Positions 27,030 through 35,953 of a stretch of DNA of 64,000 nucleotides are shown piece after piece; position 1 is the stretch's first letter; the number at the start of each line of letters is the position of its first letter. Made by a program: the position numbers and the translations under genes. The notes beneath the pieces are model-generated. The model saw only the letters and a program-made list of their open reading frames with translations, was not told the DNA's origin and searched no databases. The DNA is from a virus (Duplodnaviria > Caudoviricetes): IMG/VR virus record IMGVR_UViG_3300001580_000006, positions 1-64,000 of that record; one strand, given 5' to 3'.

Positions 27030-28475
27030 ATGGCTTATGTAAGTGTTATTTCTTTAAGCCCCGTAAGCGGCGCTACTGGAGTTTCTAAGAACATACAGCC
27101 CTCGGCCGTATTTGACCGAGAGATGTATGCTAATTCTATTAACTTCCAGAACGTCCAACTTACTGACGAAAAGCTTAACGTAGTTCAAGGTACTGTATCT
27201 TACAGTGCAGAGACTAAGACAGTAACATTTATACCAGCAGCCGCTCTTTCATATAGTAAGACTTACATATTCACTATTGTTGGTGACCCTTACCCAAATG
27301 ATACTACAAAGCTTGGCGTATTAAGCAAAATATATGAATGCATGTCTGGTAATGTTTCAGTAACATTTACAACTGAAGCTGAGCCAGTAGTTCCGCCAGA
27401 CCCGCCACAGCCACCAACTCCTACTAATACGCAAGGATATGCTAGCTCGTCGCCGGCCATTGGTGAGATTATGGTTCCTGCAGACTTTAAACTGCACGAC
27501 CATAAAATGTACTTAACTTTCGCTCAACCGATCTATGTACTATGGAGAGAATCGACAGGAATTTTAAGTACTGATCTGTATGGTCACTTAGAGATGTATG
27601 GCGGAAACTGCATAGGATTAGCTGGGTCTCTAAACCCAGAAATGTCATTCAGATTCTTCTATAAATCTAATATATCAGATGCCGTATTTGCGCCCGATTC
27701 CGTAACACCAGAGAATACTATTGATGTTCTAGTAAGGCCAGGTACAACAGATAACGATGTTATTCTTGAGTTTGGTGTACGGACAGATGAGGTACTGTGG
27801 GAAAATATTGATTTACCTCTAAGTTATCAATACGTCCTTACCATAAAAGCTGGTATCGGGTCCACCGCGGCTTCTGTAAACATAATGACTTCCAATGTTA
27901 TAGTGTGGTTCGTTACAAAGCTAGAGCCGATGTATACCACAATACAAACTGTTAGACTTAACATTGGGCCATATATTAGATACGTGCCTGACGATACTAT
28001 CGCTAGGCTAATATATGAAATATCCTGGCTAGTAAGAAAGATGTACTATGAGATGAACGAGGTGTGGCTGTCTATTGATGACATTGATCTCGTTCCAGCT
28101 GCCGTAATTCAGTACGTAATTTGTAAGTCCAAACTAGACGCACTTGATGCAGCTTTCGCCGACTATACAGGGACCGGTAGCGGTGTGGCAAAGCAACTTG
28201 GTGACTTCCGAACGGAGCGCGGTGCGGTTGGCGGAAATCCGTTCGCTGAGCTTCGTAAGAAGTACTTACAGTGCCTAACAGATAGCGGAATACAGGCAGG
28301 CATCGATCCAAACAGGTTGGTTGTAAGAGACACCGTATTTGCTGAGAACGACCCACGTCGACCAATAACAGATGAGTCTTGGAGACGTTGGCCTAAAGCA
28401 CCAACTATCTTAAACCAGAATGGTATGTGGCCAGAAGCCAAACCTTACCTAGCTCGTAATTTAGACGATATCTAA
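27030..28475 (+). CDS. Ig-like (Big_5/SbsA-type) domain protein with C-terminal head-tail connector
   Basis: SPVSGATGVS.NI.PSAVFDREM..SI..TVTFIP...LSY..TY; C-terminal YTTIQTVR..QYVICK..KQLGDFR. Confidence 0.65.
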   Translation: MAYVSVISLSPVSGATGVSKNIQPSAVFDREMYANSINFQNVQLTDEKLNVVQGTVSYSAETKTVTFIPAAALSYSKTYIFTIVGDPYPNDTTKLGVLSKIYECMSGNVSVTFTTEAEPVVPPDPPQPPTPTNTQGYASSSPAIGEIMVPADFKLHDHKMYLTFAQPIYVLWRESTGILSTDLYGHLEMYGGNCIGLAGSLNPEMSFRFFYKSNISDAVFAPDSVTPENTIDVLVRPGTTDNDVILEFGVRTDEVLWENIDLPLSYQYVLTIKAGIGSTAASVNIMTSNVIVWFVTKLEPMYTTIQTVRLNIGPYIRYVPDDTIARLIYEISWLVRKMYYEMNEVWLSIDDIDLVPAAVIQYVICKSKLDALDAAFADYTGTGSGVAKQLGDFRTERGAVGGNPFAELRKKYLQCLTDSGIQAGIDPNRLVVRDTVFAENDPRRPITDESWRRWPKAPTILNQNGMWPEAKPYLARNLDDI

Positions 28476-29047
28476 TGTTATATATACCTGATCCATATCC
28501 AGGCTCAACAACGCCGCCAACGATTGCCAACCCGTACCCAACCGCGGCTAATGGCCAACAGATAAGACTTCGTGAGGAATTATATCTTCTTCTAAGAGGT
28601 CTTGCTGGTGACCCAGCAATAGGCCGTTGGACTATATTGCGCCACATGGATAAGACTCAACATAGTAAGTACTGGATACCAGGAACAAATGAATCTCCGG
28701 GCGGGCCTGCCTGGGAATATACTGACTATCTAGGCCTGGCGTTTCGTGTCAGATATACCATTGGCAGACAAATGAGGGAGGCCGATGTGCCTGTCACCCC
28801 GGGTTCGCTTAATGTGCCAGTAGACTTGTGGATTTTCGAGTGGGACATTTTGCCAACAGGTCAGTTAATAGGTGTAGACGACGAAGTCTTTGAGCTTAAT
28901 TATCAAGGCGCAACTGCTCCTACTATAACACAAGATCTTTATATGGATAGATTCAGAGTTGTTCTGCCAGAGCCGCACTGGGGTGAAGACAACGGTAGAC
29001 TAGAATATTGGGGACTAACCTGCAATAGGGAAGTGGTAAGAGGATGA
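28475..29047 (+). CDS. neck/head-closure protein
   Basis: Synteny; beta-barrel-like pattern ending ..EDNGRLEYW. Confidence 0.5.
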   Translation: MLYIPDPYPGSTTPPTIANPYPTAANGQQIRLREELYLLLRGLAGDPAIGRWTILRHMDKTQHSKYWIPGTNESPGGPAWEYTDYLGLAFRVRYTIGRQMREADVPVTPGSLNVPVDLWIFEWDILPTGQLIGVDDEVFELNYQGATAPTITQDLYMDRFRVVLPEPHWGEDNGRLEYWGLTCNREVVRG

Positions 29048-29847
29048 TTCAAGTAGGCCAACAAGGGTTGATTTTTCCAACCGCGGTTGAGTGGAAGGGC
29101 TGGCTAGAAAATAATGTAGTTAGGGCCCCTATTCAGTTGACCTATAATGATGATAAAGCTAAAGCCCAGGGAAATGTTCGCCCAGCCCAACTCATCAACC
29201 TATTGGCTGAAGTATTTGCTCTAGAGCTTCCAGAAATTGAGCAAGTTACTGTAAATGAGATACCAGAGACTGATGGTACCGTGACAGCCGTTCCGATAGG
29301 AAAGACTGTGTTCTCAGCAGGATACCCAGATGTCCTCATGGAAGAACTATCTCGCGCCGATAACACTACTGTGCCTCTTAGCGTTCTAGGAAACTACGTT
29401 ACTTATGAATTGCGTGAGCCTATCACAATGCTAGCAGGTTTATCTGGCCCCATGGTTGAAGGCACTAGAGAACAGCGACCAAGAGTAAGAGGACACGCTT
29501 ACGGGCCAAACGGCGAGATTCTAGAGATACAAGGGCAGAAACACTATTATGAAATGTCACTAACGTGCTGGTCCAGGTCAACAAAGATTGTTGAGTTTCT
29601 AGCAGACTTGGTCCAGGATGTTATGTCATTATACACTGGTTGGCTAACATCAAAAGGCGTTTGTCAGATATCTTATGCATCAAGGACCTCTTTGGGCGGC
29701 ATTACGTCGCAAGATCTGCTAAGCCGGCCAAAACTAATAAGGCTACCAAACCGCGTACTAACATATCTAGTTGTTCTAGATAGACAGTATGTAATACGCA
29801 AACCACTGATAACCAAGATAGACGTAGGCGTCGATAGTATCCAATAA
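29044..29847 (+). CDS. tail completion/terminator protein
   Basis: Directly before the sheath; LTCWSRS..VEFLAD pattern. Confidence 0.5.
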   Translation: MIQVGQQGLIFPTAVEWKGWLENNVVRAPIQLTYNDDKAKAQGNVRPAQLINLLAEVFALELPEIEQVTVNEIPETDGTVTAVPIGKTVFSAGYPDVLMEELSRADNTTVPLSVLGNYVTYELREPITMLAGLSGPMVEGTREQRPRVRGHAYGPNGEILEIQGQKHYYEMSLTCWSRSTKIVEFLADLVQDVMSLYTGWLTSKGVCQISYASRTSLGGITSQDLLSRPKLIRLPNRVLTYLVVLDRQYVIRKPLITKIDVGVDSIQ

Positions 29848-29859
29848 GGAGAACACAAC

Positions 29860-32800
29860 ATGCCACGAAACACACCCGGATTTGAAGTCAGCTATCTTGA
29901 CAACCAACTGAACGTCGGACCTCAGGAAGCTACTCTTAACGAGAGTATTCTAGTCATCGGTACTGCCGAAGATGGACCAACGGACACTGTTATACGTATG
30001 CGCTCTCCCGCATATATTCGCAGCGTCTATGGTCGTAATTCGGTAGGAGATTTGGTTAGAAAAGCTGAAGAGGCCTGGTACGCTCAGCGCGGCAGTCAGG
30101 ATATAAGACTTCTACGCATCTCCAATGGCCGTAAGGCAAAGCTGGCCATCGCTGAGAGCTCTGGTCGTGGTGCTGCAAAGCCACAGCCAACTGGGCAGTC
30201 GATCACTGGTCAGACAATTCTGACCAACCCGGCTCTTGTCCTTGAGGCAAAAGTACCTGGTATGAAATATAACCAGGCCACCACTAGAATGGGCTACAAC
30301 CCAAACGGGCTGTTGTCAGTAATCTTCTATAACCCAAAAACGGGTATGGAAAGCTACTACACATACAGCGCAGATCCAAACAACATAGTGGTAGACGTGC
30401 ATAACGTCCGTGAACTGGCAGCTGCTATGGCCGCAGACCCAAATGCTTCTGCAATTATAACAGCAACCGCCAACACAATAGAAGGTCACGCAGATATACT
30501 ACTGGATCCACAAGGATCAAGTGGCTATAGCTCTGCTGACTGGACTTACGATGCTGGCTACTTCCTATCTCTGTGGGGCTATAAAGATGTTACATCAGAG
30601 CTGGCAGAGATGGAGACTATTACCGCTACTCCAAGCTCAACCGGTAATACGCTTCCAGCAGGTGAATACTGCTACTCGGTAACTGCTCGTAATGAAAACG
30701 GCCAGACCAATGGATCCTACGAGAACCCGCTCGATGAAGCCGAAAGTGCCATGGCTAACGCAACTGTTACAACTGGACAGCAGGTTGCACTAACGTGGTC
30801 GCACGGAGTAGCGACCACCTTCCATGTATATCGTGGATTGGTCGGCATAACGGTTGTTCCGACAGGTGTAGCTGCCCTACCAGCCGCCGTTACTGATGAC
30901 TTTGATGTCATAGTAGTAGCAAATGACAAGTATGGCCACACCAAAAAGTCAGCTGTGGTGACTGTTACCTCTGGCGTTGCAACTGTTATCTCTTGGACTG
31001 CTGTTGCTGGTGCTGTGAGTTACTCACTGTATGGTGCAACACACTCTGCTACGTCTTGGAACTTTATTAGCACCGTAGAGACGAACTCTGCAACCATAAC
31101 AATATCAAGTGCTCCAACTGGTGCACTATATCACGACATCAACACAACTGGTGCGAGATATCGTATAGCCTCACCAACAGTGGCTTCCTTGACAGATACT
31201 GGTTTGGCAATTGACTCATATTACCCAGCGCCCACTGTTAATGACACCAAATATTGGGGCGGATTTGCTCCTGACTCCGGATACGGTAATATTGGGTATT
31301 ATGGTGCCTCCGATGTGTCAGGAAAGCTGCAACTACGGCTATCAACTCGTACCTTAATGCTCCCCAATGAAACTGGCGCACCAACCATAGCACCGTCGGT
31401 GTCCGATCACGGTAATGGCAGTTATGGTGGAGGGTTCTTCCGTCATTTCAACAACACTGATGCTGTGGTCTCTCAGACAGCCGGCAATCGCATAGCTAGC
31501 CTAACTAAGGTTGGTGAGCTTGGTTGCACGGTTGCTCAGATTCTAAACGCCCCTGGTTATAGCAAAATGGATCTGCCATACACCCCAGTGGTCCCGCCGC
31601 CAGTGCGTTTTGGTGCATCTGCTTCTCAGGATGACTTCACTTTCACGTCCAAACTACGTCCTATCCAGAAATATCTGGATGGCGACACGGAACTATACAA
31701 ATATCCCCCAGTAATGGGTCGCTATGGTTATGGCGAAGCTACTGCACACGCAAACGTGGTAGGTAGCGAGTCAGATTTTGCAGACGCAGTTCAACTAATT
31801 ACCAAAGGTTTTGTGGGAACTGTTCCAGTTCTAGAAGACGGCACCACTACGGTAGAATTTGAATTCGCTGCACATCTGCCACCAGATATCGGTTCTGATG
31901 GTAGAATAGCTGGAAGATATGACTACACCTATCTTCTATCAACCTATGGGTTAGCTACATACTGCGAGGGAGCGGACACAGTAGTGGTGTATGAAGTAGT
32001 AAGCGGTGGAGATTTCATCAATGCTGCTGATCTCGGACACAACTACACAATAACCTGGGAAGAGCTACCAGGCCAGGAACCAACAGCCAAGGTGACGTTC
32101 GACGACACTGGCGCAGGCGGCCTACCAGACGCAAATACCTCCATATACATCGACTATAAGTCCCTACCAGGTAAACTGACACAGGTTAGCAATCTAATGT
32201 CTGTCCTGAACAAGACTGGCTGGGATGCATGGAAAACCTATTTCATCGCAGGACGCAGACTGTACTTTGGTGGACCACTTCCAACAGCTCTTCAAATAGC
32301 ATACTGCTTTGAGAAGAACTGGCATGTAGGTGGGGATGTGTCGGTGATAGATTACTCAGCTGGTATTCTTGAGTGGTCAGACCTATCTGATCAACCGGGA
32401 ACTTCAATGAACCAGCCTATGCCAGTAATCATAACTCCAGAAAAAGCCGGCGCGGTTCCAGCACCAGATTGGTCGTCAGTATCTGACGCAGCCGATCATC
32501 GTCCAGAGTGGTCCCGAATCACGCTCTACTACGATTATGACCCAGAGTGGTTAGACATCGGAATGTCATCTAGAACACTACAGGGTGGATCCGATGGTGC
32601 TGTAATGTCAGCAGAAGACCTGTATGACACCATGGACTCTGCATATCTTATGCTATCTAACTACAACTTTGACCACCTGATTCTACCAGATGGCGCTTAT
32701 CTAGACGCGGTCAAAACTGAGCCAAACCCCGTAACTGGTCTACAAGAAAGCGTAAACGCAGGCTTCCAGACTCAGTTAACTAGCTTCCTAGATGTGCTAT

Positions 32801-33531
32801 TGACCAACGTGCATGAAACCATGGCCTATATGTCAGTAACGCCTCCTGCTGATACTAAGCTAGCTACTGTCCAGAAGTGGGTGCAGCGCCTAGTAACAGT
32901 TGATCCTTCAGATCCTACCCGCGGCGCAAACTGGCAAAGCGTGCTAAGCAACAGGCTGGTTCACATGATGGCTTGCTACCCAATCGTTGCCAACCCATCA
33001 GTGGTGCGCTACGTATCAGATGGTATACCATCATTTGTTGGAACATATGCCGAACTGCCAATCAACCAGGGTATGACATATCGCCAGATTCCAACTTGGG
33101 TTGGACTTGCCTTTGAGTTATCACCTGGGCAGCTGGAAACTATGACAGCTATGAGGTATATTACTGGAAAAACTGACGTATACACTGGCTCTCTAGTAGT
33201 AACTGATGTGCCATCATGCGCAGCTGCTGGTAGCGACTATACCCGTTCGACCACAACCCGTATCGTCCGCAGAGTAGTCGACCAAGTACGAAAGGCTGCA
33301 ATACCGTTCCTAGGGCGGCTATCAGAGCCGGCCATCTACAATGCCTGCGCTACTCAAGTAAGCAACGTGCTGAAGCAGAACATAACAGATGGCTCCCTAC
33401 GCAACAACAGCACTTTCACGCTCAACGCAACTCAAGCTGACAGAATTCGTGGATACCTGAATATCGGGCTTTCTCTAGCTGTCAACTTCGAGATCCGCAT
33501 AATCAACATTAGGGTAGCTCTCTCAAAGTAA
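29860..33531 (+). CDS. tail sheath protein with large insertion
   Basis: N-term PG..V..LVIGTAEDGP..YG; C-term LQGGSDG, SDYTR..T.RIV..V.DQVR..FLG and FEIRIINI.V. Confidence 0.88.
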   Translation: MPRNTPGFEVSYLDNQLNVGPQEATLNESILVIGTAEDGPTDTVIRMRSPAYIRSVYGRNSVGDLVRKAEEAWYAQRGSQDIRLLRISNGRKAKLAIAESSGRGAAKPQPTGQSITGQTILTNPALVLEAKVPGMKYNQATTRMGYNPNGLLSVIFYNPKTGMESYYTYSADPNNIVVDVHNVRELAAAMAADPNASAIITATANTIEGHADILLDPQGSSGYSSADWTYDAGYFLSLWGYKDVTSELAEMETITATPSSTGNTLPAGEYCYSVTARNENGQTNGSYENPLDEAESAMANATVTTGQQVALTWSHGVATTFHVYRGLVGITVVPTGVAALPAAVTDDFDVIVVANDKYGHTKKSAVVTVTSGVATVISWTAVAGAVSYSLYGATHSATSWNFISTVETNSATITISSAPTGALYHDINTTGARYRIASPTVASLTDTGLAIDSYYPAPTVNDTKYWGGFAPDSGYGNIGYYGASDVSGKLQLRLSTRTLMLPNETGAPTIAPSVSDHGNGSYGGGFFRHFNNTDAVVSQTAGNRIASLTKVGELGCTVAQILNAPGYSKMDLPYTPVVPPPVRFGASASQDDFTFTSKLRPIQKYLDGDTELYKYPPVMGRYGYGEATAHANVVGSESDFADAVQLITKGFVGTVPVLEDGTTTVEFEFAAHLPPDIGSDGRIAGRYDYTYLLSTYGLATYCEGADTVVVYEVVSGGDFINAADLGHNYTITWEELPGQEPTAKVTFDDTGAGGLPDANTSIYIDYKSLPGKLTQVSNLMSVLNKTGWDAWKTYFIAGRRLYFGGPLPTALQIAYCFEKNWHVGGDVSVIDYSAGILEWSDLSDQPGTSMNQPMPVIITPEKAGAVPAPDWSSVSDAADHRPEWSRITLYYDYDPEWLDIGMSSRTLQGGSDGAVMSAEDLYDTMDSAYLMLSNYNFDHLILPDGAYLDAVKTEPNPVTGLQESVNAGFQTQLTSFLDVLLTNVHETMAYMSVTPPADTKLATVQKWVQRLVTVDPSDPTRGANWQSVLSNRLVHMMACYPIVANPSVVRYVSDGIPSFVGTYAELPINQGMTYRQIPTWVGLAFELSPGQLETMTAMRYITGKTDVYTGSLVVTDVPSCAAAGSDYTRSTTTRIVRRVVDQVRKAAIPFLGRLSEPAIYNACATQVSNVLKQNITDGSLRNNSTFTLNATQADRIRGYLNIGLSLAVNFEIRIINIRVALSK

Positions 33532-33540
33532 GGAATATAA

Positions 33541-33566
33541 GCCAGGGGAGGTAACACTCCCCTGGC
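33541..33566 (+). terminator. stem-loop after the sheath gene
   Basis: GCCAGGGGAG-GTAACA-CTCCCCTGGC, perfect 10-bp stem, no U-tract. Confidence 0.65.
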
Positions 33567-33590
33567 AACCCCAATAGGAGGATACGATAA

Positions 33591-34304
33591 ATGGCCCAGA
33601 TGGATCTACTAACAAGTAGCTTTACTAGAACATACGACACGTTCTCTGGAGCTGACATCATTCTGGTGATACACGATATGGTAATTGGAAATGCAAATGG
33701 TATTTCCTTCTCCATTACTCGTGAAAAGGCACCTCTATATGCACTAGGTTCGGTCGATCCTATCTCAATATCCCGTGGAAAACGTGGTATTGCGGGTTCG
33801 ATGATCATGTACAACACCGACCGTTCTGCTATGTACGACTACATGGCTCGTGCTTGGTATGCCTCTCACCGTTCTGATTTGCCAGCTTCTGGTGGACGCG
33901 CTCGTCCGTTCAGACCTACCGATACTTCTAGCCTTCCACAGGCTTTGGCTACAGCAACTACTGCTACACAGTTTGCTTCAACAACTAACGACACAAACCT
34001 AGAGTTGCGCAACCCAAACTATTCCGATCAGATACCACCATTTGACATTACTCTGACTGCAATGAATGAATATGGTCAGGCTACTTCAATGGCTATCTTC
34101 GGTGTAGAAATCCTGAACGAAGGCGAGGGTCACTCAGTAGACGATATCACATCAGAAACTCAGATGACTTGGATATGCCGCGCTCTAACTCTATGGCATC
34201 CAGCCAGCGGTAATGATCGTGGTATGGACACTACCTTTGAGGCTACTCCTCTAGAAGGCGAGGCAGCTGAACAGGTAGGCTTGTTCGATTTCGTAAATAC
34301 ATAA
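33591..34304 (+). CDS. tail tube protein
   Basis: Follows the sheath; FSGADI, ISFSITREKAP.Y.LG, RGKRGIAGS and PPFDITL..NEYG..GVEILNEG. Confidence 0.78.
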   Translation: MAQMDLLTSSFTRTYDTFSGADIILVIHDMVIGNANGISFSITREKAPLYALGSVDPISISRGKRGIAGSMIMYNTDRSAMYDYMARAWYASHRSDLPASGGRARPFRPTDTSSLPQALATATTATQFASTTNDTNLELRNPNYSDQIPPFDITLTAMNEYGQATSMAIFGVEILNEGEGHSVDDITSETQMTWICRALTLWHPASGNDRGMDTTFEATPLEGEAAEQVGLFDFVNT

Positions 34305-34312
34305 GATGATTA

Positions 34313-34341
34313 TGGGGGCCGGCCCAAAAAGCCGGCTCCCA
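34313..34341 (+). terminator. stem-loop after the tube gene
   Basis: TGGGGGCCGGC-CCAAAAA-GCCGGCTCCCA. Confidence 0.65.
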
Positions 34342-34348
34342 GCTTAAG

Positions 34349-35371
34349 ATGATTAATAGAGACGAGTTTACTGGTTTAAACAACCAGGCAGCCGAGGGCG
34401 TAGATAATTACTATCCACGCATTAGAGGTGATATGGCCCCTATGTGGGAGCCAACTCAGCGAAGCTACGCTGGCGTCGACATTATAGCTACTGGCTATAT
34501 CGATGGCAGGCTTGTCCTATTTGACAACATTTCAGCAATCTCTTATTCAACCCACAGAGAAAAGGTAAACGTACCTACTCTTGGTCGGTCATATGCAAGA
34601 CGTAGAACCAGAGGCATGCGCACTATTGCCGGGTCTATAATCTGGGCAGTTAAGGACCGCACACCACTATACTCTTTTCTAGGCCAGTATAAATATGATG
34701 GTCAGGCATTTATGCATCTACCGATGTCTGACTCTATTCCACCATTCGACATTACTCTTACCTATGCAAACGAGTATGGACACGTTTCTGTAATGAGGAT
34801 ATACGGAGTTGACATTATGTCTGAGGGGCAAGTCCACTCTATACAAGATATTATTACAGAGAACGTAATGGAGTACCAGGCATTTGACATGGATGTCATG
34901 ATGCCAATTGATGCAGAGGCCGGTGAGCTGCCATGGATGCAATCCTCTAGTGGAATCTTCTACCGCGACATCTCCAAGCTATCTACTCCAGCTAACGAAG
35001 GCAATGCGGCTGGTTGGGCAGACTATCAGAAGTATCAAAGAGCGGTGTCGTGGTTATCCATATTCATATCAGACTACGACAACGGAACCATGGCCTATTG
35101 GGTAACTGGTCAAAACTCTGATGGTAGCATTCTTTACTCACTGGCTGCCCCAGATGAAATAGCAAACTATTTCAAGGAACTAGGATATGACGTAACCAAC
35201 GGACGGTATCAGGAACTAGTAAACTTGATGAACAATATACGACAAAGAATCACGGAAATAAGGACTGAAAACGGACTATTCTGGAACTTGGAAGAGAACC
35301 GTCAAGGTATTTCTGATGGCACAATAAGTACCGCAAGTCCTTTTGATTTAAGCGCTTACACGTTCGAATAA
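34349..35371 (+). CDS. tail tube paralogue 2 (tube initiator-like)
   Basis: YAGVDI, ISYSTHREK, RGMRTIAGS and PPFDITL..NEYG..GVDIMSEG shared with 33591. Confidence 0.72.
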   Translation: MINRDEFTGLNNQAAEGVDNYYPRIRGDMAPMWEPTQRSYAGVDIIATGYIDGRLVLFDNISAISYSTHREKVNVPTLGRSYARRRTRGMRTIAGSIIWAVKDRTPLYSFLGQYKYDGQAFMHLPMSDSIPPFDITLTYANEYGHVSVMRIYGVDIMSEGQVHSIQDIITENVMEYQAFDMDVMMPIDAEAGELPWMQSSSGIFYRDISKLSTPANEGNAAGWADYQKYQRAVSWLSIFISDYDNGTMAYWVTGQNSDGSILYSLAAPDEIANYFKELGYDVTNGRYQELVNLMNNIRQRITEIRTENGLFWNLEENRQGISDGTISTASPFDLSAYTFE

Positions 35372-35372
35372 T

Positions 35373-35472
35373 TACCCGGTCCCCTCCTCAAGGTCCCCGG
35401 GTGCTGGCCTAACTCTCCTCCACAGGTTAGGTCAACGGAGCCCCAACGATGCAAATCTGCGGGGCTTCCGTT
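35373..35472 (+). ncRNA. candidate three-hairpin small RNA with CCUCC loops
   Basis: TACCCGG/CCGGGTG, TGGCCTAACT/GGTTAGGTCA and AACGGAGCCCC/GGGGCTTCCGTT; loops 1 and 2 contain CCTCCTC and CTCCTCC. Confidence 0.5.
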
Positions 35473-35499
35473 CGGTAAAGTGGTATTCTACATAAACTT

Positions 35500-35892
35500 A
35501 TGAGGTACGAATTTATGCTATGCATTCGATGTAATCAAGACAAATCAGAATCAAATTTTCGATATGGTAGAAAGTGGTGTATAGACTGCAGAATAACTTA
35601 TAATCGACAGTGGCGACATAACAACTTAAACAAAGAAAACATACGCCGCAAGACGCTAAAGCCAAGATTAGTGGCTGAGTTTGGTGGCAAGTGTAATAAA
35701 TGCGGCGGAGTTTTTGTACCAGCTGTGTATGATTTTCATCATACTGATCCTACCGCTAAAGAATTCTCACTGCGACACGGTATTAGCAAACGTTACAGTT
35801 GGAAACGATTGTTAATCGAAGCCAGCAAGTGTATTCTACTTTGTTCTAATTGTCATCGATCTTTGCACGCTAATGACCATATCGAGTTATGA
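35500..35892 (+). CDS. small HNH endonuclease (family D)
   Basis: CIRC..CIDC; FGGKCNKCG..YDFHHTDP..K..EASKCILLCSNCHR. Confidence 0.85.
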   Translation: MRYEFMLCIRCNQDKSESNFRYGRKWCIDCRITYNRQWRHNNLNKENIRRKTLKPRLVAEFGGKCNKCGGVFVPAVYDFHHTDPTAKEFSLRHGISKRYSWKRLLIEASKCILLCSNCHRSLHANDHIEL

Positions 35893-35893
35893 G

Positions 35894-35926
35894 CATTTTC
35901 GCTTTACACCTTAATTATGGTATAAT
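35894..35926 (+). promoter_or_regulatory. promoter, CATTTT-N21-TATAAT with extended -10
   Basis: GCATTTTCGCT...ATGGTATAAT upstream of 35954. Confidence 0.65.
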
Positions 35927-35953
35927 TAATCATACACAAGTCGTTGAGGGATA

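Noticed and set aside
35373-35892. RNA-guided (OMEGA/IscB-like) nuclease formed by the hairpin RNA and the adjacent HNH
   Set aside because: The HNH is only 130 aa with no RuvC or PLMP domain, and there is no guide array or transposon end; adjacency alone is insufficient.
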